Virus genome (UHGV): UHGV-0011110 | Strand: one strand, 5' to 3' | DNA length: 42,827 bases | Origin: a virus | In this document: positions 26,947 to 35,757 of the stretch, piece after piece | Numbering within the stretch: the first letter of the stretch is position 1 | Layout: each line of letters starts with the position of its first letter | The notes under the pieces: generated by a model | The model's database searches: none | What the model was told of the DNA's origin: nothing | Seen by the model: the letters and a program-made list of their open reading frames with translations, nothing else | Translations under genes and position numbers: made by a program

Positions 26947-26975
26947 TTTTACTTCCTCCTTTTATTTATGTACCA

Positions 26976-27004
26976 AGTATAGCATGGTTAGCTATACTTG
27001 TCAA
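26976..27004 (-). promoter_or_regulatory. early promoter TTGACA-17-TGcTATACT embedded in the 3' end of the helicase gene
   Basis: Read directly; overlaps the last codons of 26988..28301. Confidence 0.65.
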
Positions 27005-28301
27005 CACTTTCAATCATTTCATTTGTAAAGTCTTTTCCATTTGTAACTGTGTTAAAGATCTTTTTCTCAATTGGTGTATCTGGGACAATATGATAATACA
27101 GTGGCGTTTTCTCTTGTCCATGTCTATCAGTGCGCCCCTTTGCTTGTAAATACTCTGTAGAGCTTAAAGGCATTGAATTGAATACTGTCACATTACTAAT
27201 CACAAAATCGTTTATACCTGTTGAGGCTGACTTATATTGGGCTAGGACTACCCCATTTTCATTTTGTTTGAATGGTCTCAAATCTTTAACAGCACCATTG
27301 TACGTACCATATGGACGTTTCAGTTTGTCTAATAGTCTACCCAACATTAGTCCTTCCCACTTGTAGTTATAGAAGATTACTACACGCTCATTGTTATGTG
27401 TCTCAAGAATAGCTTCTAAGCGTTCAAAGGGTTCTTTGGATACTTGTTTATTGATTCCATATAGAAAACCATGACTAACTTGTCTTAATGAGTTAAAAAG
27501 TTTAGAACTGTTATCCAATTCAATCGTTTCTGGATTAAATGGCGCTGTTTCTGCTTCATAAATTCTATTCTTTTTCAGCTTGTTGTACATTGCTGGCTTC
27601 TTAGTTTTATAAACGTAATCTTGTGGTAAATAGCCTTTGTCACGCTTGTAGTTCACACTTGCTTCATTTATCATTTGCTGTAACAGGTGCTCATTCTGAT
27701 AGCCCACAATATCCATAAAACGCATTGACCCCATCTGTCTCAGTTGTTTTATCACAAATAGTTGTTCAAACTCTTTCTTAGGCTTTCTAAAGACATTTGC
27801 AATGTATAGTTGTGAATACCAATTCTCCAGTTTTCCATTGCTCACAGGGGTAGCTGTGCATAAATACGTATGTTTTGCTCTCTTAGATAGCTGCATAACA
27901 AACTTAGTTACTTTAGACTTGGATACACCAACTTTGTGAGATTCATCAATAATAATAAACGTGTCTTTGTCTACCCATTTCAATAACTCAGTCAAGCGCC
28001 ATGAGCTTTCAAAACTGATTGCAACATTCTCTGCTGTTTCTAACAGCTCTTTGTTTTTCTTTGTGCCTTTGTTGAGCGCTGTAATGTCAATATCAAACAC
28101 ATGTCCATCTTCCACAAAGTCTAACACTTTAGGTGCTAGACAGATCACTAATAACTTATTACACTTACTTTTCACATATGAACCAATACTCATGTAAGAT
28201 TTTCCAGTTCCAACGTCTGATAGGTTTAAAGGTTTAGTCTCAAAGTTTTCAATGGCTTCTTTCTGATACATGAAAAGTTCTATATTATTCTGCATATTCA
28301 A
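26988..28301 (-). CDS. SF2 helicase (SNF2/DEAD-like)
   Basis: Walker A DVGTGKS, DESH box, motif VI QAKGRTDRHGQ. Confidence 0.8.
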   Translation of the reverse strand: MNMQNNIELFMYQKEAIENFETKPLNLSDVGTGKSYMSIGSYVKSKCNKLLVICLAPKVLDFVEDGHVFDIDITALNKGTKKNKELLETAENVAISFESSWRLTELLKWVDKDTFIIIDESHKVGVSKSKVTKFVMQLSKRAKHTYLCTATPVSNGKLENWYSQLYIANVFRKPKKEFEQLFVIKQLRQMGSMRFMDIVGYQNEHLLQQMINEASVNYKRDKGYLPQDYVYKTKKPAMYNKLKKNRIYEAETAPFNPETIELDNSSKLFNSLRQVSHGFLYGINKQVSKEPFERLEAILETHNNERVVIFYNYKWEGLMLGRLLDKLKRPYGTYNGAVKDLRPFKQNENGVVLAQYKSASTGINDFVISNVTVFNSMPLSSTEYLQAKGRTDRHGQEKTPLYYHIVPDTPIEKKIFNTVTNGKDFTNEMIESVDKYS

Positions 28302-28755
28302 AAATCAATCCTTTTATAGTTTTTCTTCTCTTTGTTAGAACAGAAGATATTGATTGAGGTATTAAATTTAAATCTTTTGCTGCGCTTTTTACACTGTCAT
28401 AGTGTTTACCTGTATTTTTACATATAATTCTCTTTGAATATGACAACCCCCTAGTTCCATAATTGATGTTATATTCATTGGTACACCATTCTAAGTTTTC
28501 AACAATATTATTTCTTTTGTTTTCATCAATATGATTGACTTGTGCGTAATTGTTTGGGTTATCAATAAAAGTTGTAGCTACTATTCTATGCACTAATGTT
28601 TTTGTTACATTTCCATTTTTACACAGACTTACCGCCTCATATCCTCTACCTACAATATTGTGTTTCAATATTCTTCCGTTTCTCATAACTCTTCCTAAGT
28701 TACTCACTTGATATAATCCTTCATAATCTTTAATATCTTTCCAAATTTCTTTCAT
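28285..28755 (-). CDS. NUMOD4/HNH_3 homing endonuclease
   Basis: MKEIWKDIKDYEGLYQVSNLGRV; HRIVATTFI.NP...VNHIDENKRNN.ENLEW. Confidence 0.75.
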   Translation of the reverse strand: MKEIWKDIKDYEGLYQVSNLGRVMRNGRILKHNIVGRGYEAVSLCKNGNVTKTLVHRIVATTFIDNPNNYAQVNHIDENKRNNIVENLEWCTNEYNINYGTRGLSYSKRIICKNTGKHYDSVKSAAKDLNLIPQSISSVLTKRRKTIKGLIFEYAE

Positions 28756-29027
28756 CTAATCTTCTCCACTTCATGCATTACATCTCCCACGATATCAAAT
28801 GAGAAAACCACGTGATCTGGCTTCTGAGCGTAATCTGTGATATATTTTATTTTAATAATTACCATGGTGTTAATAGCCAGATTGTTATCACTTTCAATAC
28901 TAGTGTGTTTCAAACATATGTGCTGTCCCACGTGGAAATTTCTATCTCTCTGTTCTCTTATTTCAAATGTTTTATCTCCCGCAATTATAGGCAATAGATA
29001 TTTTTCTTGAATGTCTAATGTTAACAT
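28752..29027 (-). CDS. ASCH/DUF3850-like protein
   Basis: LLPIIAGDKTFEIREQRDRNFHVGQHICL pattern. Start taken at the internal ATG after GGAGG. Confidence 0.45.
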   Translation of the reverse strand: MLTLDIQEKYLLPIIAGDKTFEIREQRDRNFHVGQHICLKHTSIESDNNLAINTMVIIKIKYITDYAQKPDHVVFSFDIVGDVMHEVEKIR

Positions 29028-29139
29028 TATTTTACTACCTCCCATTTATAAAATATGTTTATCAACTTCATATGCTCTTTATTTGCCGCATATACTGATA
29101 CTTGTTTCATATTCAATATTTTCGCTTTCATGATCCAAC

Positions 29140-29337
29140 TCATAATTCAAAAACCTCCTTAATATCTTGACAAGGTATTTTTAATTTATTAATGGCATAG
29201 TTGATAGCTTCCACAATATTCATTGCTGGTATAGTTAGTTCCTGAACTGTTGTCTCAAGATAAGGACGATATGGATTACTAGCATATACTTGTACTCGTT
29301 TTTCTACACTATAAATAATTAAATACTCTTTAATCAA
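29140..29337 (-). CDS. hypothetical protein
   Basis: ORF only. Confidence 0.35.
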   Translation of the reverse strand: MIKEYLIIYSVEKRVQVYASNPYRPYLETTVQELTIPAMNIVEAINYAINKLKIPCQDIKEVFEL

Positions 29338-29518
29338 AATGAATCACCGCCGTTATCATATTTTTTGAGTTCACATAAAGTTTTGATATTTTCATTGTTT
29401 TAATCTCACTTAGATAATAATATTGATGAATTTCTTTTCCGTAAAATTCATTTCCATTTATTTCAAAAACAACCTCATCAATATCGACACAGTGTATAAA
29501 TATAAATAAACTAATCAT
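29330..29518 (-). CDS. hypothetical protein (start uncertain)
   Basis: ORF overlapping the VRR-NUC 3' end; internal ATG preferred. Confidence 0.25.
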   Translation of the reverse strand: MISLFIFIHCVDIDEVVFEINGNEFYGKEIHQYYYLSEIKTMKISKLYVNSKNMITAVIHFD

Positions 29519-29861
29519 ACTCAATCTCCTCCACTTTAATTTCTGGCAGATCTGGTTGCTTGTATTGTCTTTCAATACCATTATCAATGCAAGATAATAA
29601 AACCATCAACTCTTGAATTGTGTCACGCAGAATCAGTCCAAAACCTCCAGCATCACGCACTTTTTGTAAGTAACTGATTTGTAACGGATCTGCGGTATAT
29701 TTACCCACTTTTAATTCTAATGCTATGAAGAACCCTTTGTAGCAGCATTCAACGTCAGAGCGCCCCACACGATCAAACATGTTTGCGGTGTTAACATTGA
29801 CTAAAGCACCTTTTTCTTTCAAATATTTTACCACTTCTCTACTGAATTGACTTTCTTTCAT
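29511..29861 (-). CDS. VRR-NUC domain nuclease
   Basis: GRSDVECCYKGFFIALELKVGK..LQISYLQ is a PD-(D/E)XK VRR-NUC pattern. VRR-NUC is usually found near an SNF2 helicase. Confidence 0.6.
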   Translation of the reverse strand: MKESQFSREVVKYLKEKGALVNVNTANMFDRVGRSDVECCYKGFFIALELKVGKYTADPLQISYLQKVRDAGGFGLILRDTIQELMVLLSCIDNGIERQYKQPDLPEIKVEEIEYD

Positions 29862-30073
29862 GATTTCTTACTCAATCCTTTCTTTTTACCTGTTGCTTTT
29901 TCCTCACAAATAACTAGTACCTCATCAATTGTCAAATTGGTGTCTTTCATGTGTGTTAGTAGTCCACCATATAAAGACCACATATATCTCTGTTCTTTCT
30001 CACCATAATTTGACAGTACTTGCGGCTCTAATTCTGAACTAATTGCGTCCCACTCTTTTAATGTTAACATCAT
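29858..30073 (-). CDS. hypothetical protein
   Basis: ORF, overlaps its neighbours by 4 nt. Confidence 0.35.
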   Translation of the reverse strand: MMLTLKEWDAISSELEPQVLSNYGEKEQRYMWSLYGGLLTHMKDTNLTIDEVLVICEEKATGKKKGLSKKS

Positions 30074-30285
30074 TATTCCTCCCAATTCATAATGTTAGTT
30101 GTGATGGCATCTTCCAAATAGCGTTTTAAACGTTGTGCCTCCTTTAAAGTTAGATTTACAATAGCGCAATCCTTCTCATAATCAATTAATGTAATGTAAA
30201 TATCTCTACGATTGTTATACGTTCCAACTCCCATTTTCTCATCATTTTCTGTGGTTAGTGTTTTTACATAAGTCAGTTTATCCAT
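30073..30285 (-). CDS. hypothetical protein
   Basis: ORF. Confidence 0.35.
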   Translation of the reverse strand: MDKLTYVKTLTTENDEKMGVGTYNNRRDIYITLIDYEKDCAIVNLTLKEAQRLKRYLEDAITTNIMNWEE

Positions 30286-30286
30286 T

Positions 30287-30496
30287 TTAAACCACCCTCA
30301 CTATTCTAACTTGTTTTAGTGTATATCCTCGTGATTTATAACATTCACCCAACTTCTTTATGCTATAGTAATCTATAGGTATATCATACATGTGTCTTAC
30401 CCATTCTCCTTTATCGTTCAAGACTTCTATTGCATAGATATGATTTTTGTCTTTAAATCCAGTGTGCATCTTAATATCCTCCTTTAGAAAGCCCAT
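30287..30496 (-). CDS. hypothetical protein
   Basis: ORF. Confidence 0.35.
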   Translation of the reverse strand: MGFLKEDIKMHTGFKDKNHIYAIEVLNDKGEWVRHMYDIPIDYYSIKKLGECYKSRGYTLKQVRIVRVV

Positions 30497-30915
30497 GCTC
30501 TATGTTGTAATTTTAGAACAAACTCATTGTTTATTGGAACAACGCTGACAACTTCCATATCTTTAAACTTTTCAATAAATTCATATTTTGTATAGGTTTC
30601 TTTTTCACCAAATACTTTAAATTTAGTATGTTCAAAAAAAGGTTGTAGTACAAATTGTACGGCGTGAAACTTATACTCAAATTCATGTTTAATATCTCTT
30701 ATTCTATTACTAACAATCCAAGTAATCTCATGTTCAATCTTTTGGGCTTGTTCATCTGTTAAATCATAATATACCCCATTTGGTGATAAACAATCATCAC
30801 ATAAATCGTTGTCTGAACGATAATCTTCGTTCCAATACTTAATTCCTTTACATTTCTTACATTGTCCTTTTATCCATTCTATAGAGTCTGATGTATAGAT
30901 AATTTCGTTTTCCAT
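30484..30915 (-). CDS. hypothetical zinc-ribbon protein
   Basis: CKKCKG...CDDC motif. Confidence 0.4.
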   Translation of the reverse strand: MENEIIYTSDSIEWIKGQCKKCKGIKYWNEDYRSDNDLCDDCLSPNGVYYDLTDEQAQKIEHEITWIVSNRIRDIKHEFEYKFHAVQFVLQPFFEHTKFKVFGEKETYTKYEFIEKFKDMEVVSVVPINNEFVLKLQHRAWAF

Positions 30916-30916
30916 G

Positions 30917-31009
30917 TTAGTATCCTCCTTCTTCTAGCCAGTGGATAAGTACTCCAGCGCAATAAATTACTGCTCCAATAAATAATAATCCAATCATCAT
31001 GAATGTCAT
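30917..31009 (-). CDS. 30-aa hydrophobic peptide MTFMMIGLLFIGAVIYCAGVLIHWLEEGGY
   Basis: ATGA overlap with the stop of 31006..31317; GGAGA 6 nt upstream; single TM helix. Below the ORF-track size cutoff. Confidence 0.35.
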   Translation of the reverse strand: MTFMMIGLLFIGAVIYCAGVLIHWLEEGGY

Positions 31010-31272
31010 TTTAATTCTCCTCTTCTAACTGTTTTTACAACTGCCATGTAGTTTTTATCCAATGCTTCGAAATTATCTGCGAATATTTCTGCCGCTTCGT
31101 ATGTGTCAAATTCAAGTTTATTATAGTCAAGTGACTTGAGCGGGGTTTCAAACTTATCAGGATTTATCCAAGTTTCTACAACGTATTTTGTCTCCTTAAT
31201 ATTTATCATCTTTTCTCCTAATACTTTAGCAAATTCTTCATAATCTACATGTTCTTCATTTGTTACTAACAT
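31006..31272 (-). CDS. hypothetical acidic protein
   Basis: GGGAGGAA 6 nt before ATG (MLVTNEE). Promoter TTGACT-17-TATTAT just upstream. Confidence 0.4.
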   Translation of the reverse strand: MLVTNEEHVDYEEFAKVLGEKMINIKETKYVVETWINPDKFETPLKSLDYNKLEFDTYEAAEIFADNFEALDKNYMAVVKTVRRGELK

Positions 31273-31343
31273 TTTTAATTCCTCCCTCTCTATATGTATA
31301 TAATACAATACCCTCAACCATAAGTCAAGGGTAAAGTTTAAAA

Positions 31344-31568
31344 TTATTCAATTATTTTTACAACAGATACAATGTGTTCTACTCTAAATACACTATCATA
31401 CTGGGTTGGTGTTCTACCTGGTTTTTCTTCACCCTCATACTCAAAACGCAATACTCCTTGACCTTTTGTTTTTACAACAGTATTCCAATATTTTTCTTGT
31501 AGATCATTATTTGTTCTGACTACAAATGGTGTATCACTATTTACTGTGTATACGTAATATTTATTCAT
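31344..31568 (-). CDS. hypothetical protein
   Basis: ORF. Confidence 0.35.
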   Translation of the reverse strand: MNKYYVYTVNSDTPFVVRTNNDLQEKYWNTVVKTKGQGVLRFEYEGEEKPGRTPTQYDSVFRVEHIVSVVKIIE

Positions 31569-31579
31569 TCTAATTCCTC

Positions 31580-33166
31580 CTATTGTACATCATTGAAAAT
31601 GTTCGTGTACTCTGTGCCAGCCAGTGCGTTCATTAAATATGGTCTGATTGACTCGTTGTCTCCATTACGTGCGATTTTTAGACCAGTTAATACACGTGCT
31701 TTACTTGTGCGTTTTTCTTCAAAACCTTGCTTCAACAATAATTCTTTCATGGTGCGCCAGTTCATTGACTTGTTGATATTATTTTCTTTAGTGTACACAT
31801 TAAAAATATTCTTCAGTAGTGTTAGGTTAACAGTACCTTCCTCATCTTCCACAATGACTGGTACTTCACTCAAGAACTCTTTGGATGGATCATTTGATTC
31901 AATATACGCTTTCTTAAATTCAATCATGTCTTCTGTTTCTGTGAATGGGTTTTCACCATTTGCACCTGTGTCTAAAATCTTTTTGAATTGTTGAATACAG
32001 AACCATGCGAATTTACCTAGTTGCTCTTTTGATTCCCGTTCCTCACGTTGTTTGTTGAACTCATTAATGCGTTGACGTGCTTCAGGTGTGTCTAGGTTTG
32101 TATTAAAGTTCAAAATCAAAATACGTCTATACCAACCGTTTGTGCGATCGTTAAATGATGGTAGTTCATTCATTGAAAACATTAATTTTGCATAGTTAGT
32201 AAAACTAAAAGCATCTTTACCTTTTTTCTCAGCATGAATGGCATCTAATCCACCTGAAAGTTTTTTCAATGTTTCAGTACCTTTTACAAAGTTTGCACTA
32301 GAATCAGCTTCAAAGTTTAACAACTTATGGTGTAATGAAGCTTTGTCAAAACGATTGTTTTTGTCTGCTAAACTATCTAAGCCAACAGCACTACTGTTTT
32401 CAAAACCAATTAATTTGCTCATAATAAAACCACCAACATACGATTTACCGTTTGATCCATTACCTAGTAAATAAAGTATTGATTGATATTTGTACTCTCT
32501 ATAATACATGTACCCAATGTACTCATATAATGTCTGAGCTTGGTCTTTCAGCAAATAGTCAATCCATTGTTTAGCTAATAACTCGTCTGTTTCATCTGTT
32601 TTAATCAATGGATATGGTAATTGCAACGTATGATAGTCTTCCAATTTGGTTTCACGAATTTCATTCGTTCTAAAGTCATATGTCCCATTCTCAAAAGCAA
32701 TAATGTTTGGATTAGGATTATCACCTAATGGCGCATGTTCACCACGTGTCATAGAGCGATTCGCCAACTCAGGGGCTAATTTCTTCATTTCTTTACGGAT
32801 TTCATTCCCAAATTCTGGATTTCTAAATTGTGGTGTAAACTTTGGCGCTAGAATGTTTTCAAAATACCAATCTGAATATTTGTAACTACCTAGATTTACC
32901 TCAGACCAGATACGTGTGTCTGCATTGTAGACGTATGGTGCATTTAGGTTGGGATGAGCATACACATAGGCTAATTGGTTAAACTTTTCAATAAATAATT
33001 CCTGTTGGATCTCAAATTTTGGTTGTGTACCATCTTTACCTCCGTAATACATTCGTCCTAGCTCTGAATTGAAGTCCACAAACTCCTCACTTGGAAAGTG
33101 TTTATTTGAAACTGGTAGTAACTCCTCAACTGGTGCTGAATAATCTATTTTCCTTAGTTCATTCAT
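31580..33166 (-). CDS. SF3 helicase / primase-helicase (D5_N plus P4-family primase C-terminal domain)
   Basis: NIIAFENGTYDFRT (D5_N); Walker A LLGNGSNGKSY. Confidence 0.75.
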   Translation of the reverse strand: MNELRKIDYSAPVEELLPVSNKHFPSEEFVDFNSELGRMYYGGKDGTQPKFEIQQELFIEKFNQLAYVYAHPNLNAPYVYNADTRIWSEVNLGSYKYSDWYFENILAPKFTPQFRNPEFGNEIRKEMKKLAPELANRSMTRGEHAPLGDNPNPNIIAFENGTYDFRTNEIRETKLEDYHTLQLPYPLIKTDETDELLAKQWIDYLLKDQAQTLYEYIGYMYYREYKYQSILYLLGNGSNGKSYVGGFIMSKLIGFENSSAVGLDSLADKNNRFDKASLHHKLLNFEADSSANFVKGTETLKKLSGGLDAIHAEKKGKDAFSFTNYAKLMFSMNELPSFNDRTNGWYRRILILNFNTNLDTPEARQRINEFNKQREERESKEQLGKFAWFCIQQFKKILDTGANGENPFTETEDMIEFKKAYIESNDPSKEFLSEVPVIVEDEEGTVNLTLLKNIFNVYTKENNINKSMNWRTMKELLLKQGFEEKRTSKARVLTGLKIARNGDNESIRPYLMNALAGTEYTNIFNDVQ

Positions 33167-33423
33167 TATTTCATATCCTCCTTATATTTGAGTAATTCCT
33201 CCTTTAGTTTATAAAACTCAACTCTATTGTCTAAATACATATAATAATATGTTTTAGCTGTTACAGTCAGTTTACCTAGAGCCTTTTGTCGATTCATTGT
33301 CATAGGTGCTAGTTTTGCTAATTGAGTCAAATATTCAATTAACTCGCTTTCTTTACCTCCATTTTCAATGATTTCTATTAATTTTAATCTGAATATTAGT
33401 GGTGTTAGTGGTGTTAGTCTCAT
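33166..33423 (-). CDS. hypothetical protein
   Basis: GGAGGA 9 nt before the internal ATG. Extended -10 TGcTATACT at ~33457..33465 upstream. Confidence 0.4.
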   Translation of the reverse strand: MRLTPLTPLIFRLKLIEIIENGGKESELIEYLTQLAKLAPMTMNRQKALGKLTVTAKTYYYMYLDNRVEFYKLKEELLKYKEDMK

Positions 33424-33495
33424 TCTTTCATATCCTCCCTCATCTGATATGTACTTAGTATAGCACAAACTTTTCATTTGCGCTATACTTTTTAC

Positions 33496-33675
33496 TTAAA
33501 AATATTTAGCAATTGATTCCACTGAGTCTTTTGCATCTAATTGAGTACCATCTGACAATATAACAATCGTATATTCCCAAGATTTGTTGTGATAGAATGC
33601 TGCAATGTGATTGATGTTTACATATAGAGTGGTATCATCAATTCTGGTTAATGTAATTAGTTCTTTTGAGTTCAC
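33496..33675 (-). CDS. possible small ORF (~59 aa, GTG start overlapping upstream TAG)
   Basis: Open frame filling an otherwise empty 200-bp gap; weak RBS AAAGGA. Confidence 0.2.
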   Translation of the reverse strand: MNSKELITLTRIDDTTLYVNINHIAAFYHNKSWEYTIVILSDGTQLDAKDSVESIAKYF

Positions 33676-33983
33676 TATTTTGACATCCTTTCAATGAAAT
33701 CATTCAATAATGATTCTGCTTTCTCTTTATTTTCAAGCAAATCAACGTACTCTCTTAGTTGCGCTGTTGTCAGTTTGTTTAGATCAAATGTTTTTTCTTT
33801 TAGTTTGAATACTGTATTCAATAGATTGTTGGTTAGATACCAGTCACACTCGTCATCATCTGTTATATATAGACCACCATCACTGAATGTTTGAACTCTA
33901 TATTCTTTATCTAATGTCCACCAGTCTAGATCATCACGTTTGCAAACATACGTTTGACCTTCTTTAAATTTTAATGTGTTCAT
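33675..33983 (-). CDS. hypothetical protein
   Basis: ORF. Confidence 0.4.
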   Translation of the reverse strand: MNTLKFKEGQTYVCKRDDLDWWTLDKEYRVQTFSDGGLYITDDDECDWYLTNNLLNTVFKLKEKTFDLNKLTTAQLREYVDLLENKEKAESLLNDFIERMSK

Positions 33984-34057
33984 CTAATTTATTTCCTCCT
34001 CTGTTATGATCACGCTACTAATTTTACTTTTTGATAGTGTGTTTGTTACTGTTGTGC

Positions 34058-34258
34058 TTAATATAAGGTAATCCACACTAACATAAAGATGAAGCCAAAG
34101 ACAACTATACTAAAAAATATTAGCAAGGCGCCCGCTACACCAAGTGTATTTTTTAATAGATCTATAAACATAGGCACTATCCCAATAAACATTAGTATAG
34201 TAATTAGTACGCATTTTATAATTTTTACTAGCAATATGGTTCGCCACCTCTCCCACAT
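34058..34258 (-). CDS. small membrane protein
   Basis: Two hydrophobic helices. Confidence 0.35.
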   Translation of the reverse strand: MWERWRTILLVKIIKCVLITILMFIGIVPMFIDLLKNTLGVAGALLIFFSIVVFGFIFMLVWITLY

Positions 34259-34397
34259 TTTTTACAAACCAGTTTGCTTACTGTATACTCGTTACCTTTT
34301 ATATTACGCTCTTTATCTGTTAAGCCACGCCACTCATACTCATGTATGCAGAACATTTCTTTCTTAACACGTCTTAGCCACAGAATAATATCACCAA

Positions 34398-34721
34398 TCA
34401 TTTCCAGTCCTCCAGTTGTTTTAGAATTGTGTTGTAGTGTTTCTTGTGTTTGTTAAACGATTCTTCTGCTTCATATACCTTTGTTTTCACTTCTAATTTT
34501 AACTTTTCTTGTGTAATCCCATCATACTTTGTCCAAGTGTCATAGTCCATCACCTTTACTTCCACACCAAGTACTGTGGTAGGTACGCATTCACTACGTG
34601 ACACATTCACGATATATGGGTTTTGTGTGCTTGGTACTCTCACTTTTACATTAGTTAAGTCTTCAAATAATTCAGGTGTTACCATAATATAATCTTCTGT
34701 TGCTAATAATAGTTTTTTCAT
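34398..34721 (-). CDS. hypothetical protein
   Basis: ORF. Confidence 0.4.
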   Translation of the reverse strand: MKKLLLATEDYIMVTPELFEDLTNVKVRVPSTQNPYIVNVSRSECVPTTVLGVEVKVMDYDTWTKYDGITQEKLKLEVKTKVYEAEESFNKHKKHYNTILKQLEDWK

Positions 34722-34733
34722 TTTTAGTTCCTC

Positions 34734-35024
34734 CTATTTGTCTTTGTTTATATAATAATTGTAAGTCACATTTCCTTGTTTGTCAAGTTCCTTTTTCAAT
34801 CGTTTGTTTTCGTTGATTAGTTGAGCGTTACGTTCTTTCAAGTTTTTATTTTCTTCAAAGATTCGTCTAGCGTCTTCCACAAATTGTTCTTTCTGATATT
34901 TATGAAAGTCTCTACTTCGCTTTAGCTCTTCTATTCTATTCTCACCGTTTTTACCTACAATATTTATACCTAAGTATATTATTAGTAGAAACCACGCAAT
35001 TAATAATATTATACTTCCTATCAT
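34734..35024 (-). CDS. N-terminally anchored coiled-coil membrane protein
   Basis: One TM helix followed by a K/E-rich heptad region. Confidence 0.4.
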   Translation of the reverse strand: MIGSIILLIAWFLLIIYLGINIVGKNGENRIEELKRSRDFHKYQKEQFVEDARRIFEENKNLKERNAQLINENKRLKKELDKQGNVTYNYYINKDK

Positions 35025-35053
35025 TTTACTTCCTCCTCTTTATGCTGTGATTA

Positions 35054-35269
35054 TTATTTCCATTCATCTCTAGTTTCAATTAACATTGCGATTAGTGACA
35101 CATTTAATGATACTGTAAATGCTACTATTACAATCAGTAGTGGTATTGTTGTTAACAGTGAGTATTTTAGTATGTCAATAATTATTACAACAGCAACTAC
35201 ATCAAGACATACTATGCATAGAATTAACCCTATAACTAGTGTTCTTAATATTTTGTCTTCTTTTTTCAT
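35054..35269 (-). CDS. two-TM small membrane protein (first gene of the leftward early operon)
   Basis: Immediately downstream of the promoter at 35301..35329. Confidence 0.45.
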   Translation of the reverse strand: MKKEDKILRTLVIGLILCIVCLDVVAVVIIIDILKYSLLTTIPLLIVIVAFTVSLNVSLIAMLIETRDEWK

Positions 35270-35300
35270 TTTAGTTCCTCCTCTTTATCTTATGAATTAA

Positions 35301-35329
35301 GTATAGCACGTTTAGAGACCATGGTCAAC
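35301..35329 (-). promoter_or_regulatory. early promoter TTGACC-17-TGcTATACT plus conserved leader
   Basis: Read directly. Confidence 0.7.
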
Positions 35330-35394
35330 TGTTTTATTTAAAAATGTCACTAATTTTCCTGTTTTGTCACTATATGACATAGAATTGACGTTTT

Positions 35395-35685
35395 TAAAAT
35401 CGCTGTAACCCTTGATACTCTAAGGAATAGACCAGTTTAGTGACAAAATGACAAAAAAAGCGCCATACTCTTTATATATATATATATATATATACTACAT
35501 AACCATGTAATAATTATATTTATTATTTAATATATAAAATATTTTGTCATTTTGTCACTATAAAAATAAGAATGTAGATATACCAAGGGCTACAGCGATT
35601 TTAGGTGTCAAAATTAGTGACAAAATGGTGACAAAAATAAGCTAGTTTGTGACAAAATGACACTTTTAGGCTGACTTTTTGTCAC
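35395..35685. repeat. nested inverted repeats and iteron-like array with a central (TA)10
   Basis: Outer inverted repeat at 35395..35411 and 35587..35602; inner perfect inverted repeat at 35440..35456 and 35540..35556. (TA)10 at 35473..35492. About 10 GTGACAAAAT-type sites in both orientations at 35345, 35361, 35440, 35450, 35540, 35549, 35606, 35617, 35628, 35649 and 35676. Confidence 0.85.
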
Positions 35686-35730
35686 AAATTGGTTTACTTG
35701 ATACTTCAACACACAATCCCTTATCTATGA

Positions 35731-35741
35731 TATAATTAGGA
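35731..35741 (+). promoter_or_regulatory. extended -10 promoter TATGATATAAT for the rightward operon
   Basis: Read directly; same 11-mer at ~3202 (+), ~37330 (+) and ~21990 (-). Confidence 0.5.
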
Positions 35742-35757
35742 TAAAGGAGGAGAGTCT

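Noticed and set aside
33984-34057. Looked for another TTGACA-17-TATACT promoter upstream of gene 33675..33983
   Set aside because: Only weak -10-like hexamers, no convincing promoter; that gene is probably read through from upstream.
34228-34401. Possible Cys-rich small ORF (MIGDIILWLRRVKKEMFCIHEYEW..) coupled by ATGA to the stop of 34398..34721
   Set aside because: My base-indexing in this stretch disagrees by one with the supplied ORF track, so the frame relation to 34058..34258 (separate ORF or N-terminal extension) could not be settled. Left uncalled.
35340-35700. Possible CRISPR-like array (many short repeats)
   Set aside because: Repeat unit is only 10-17 bp, occurs in both orientations with irregular spacing, and there are no uniform spacers or cas genes. 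Better explained as iterons / inverted repeats.
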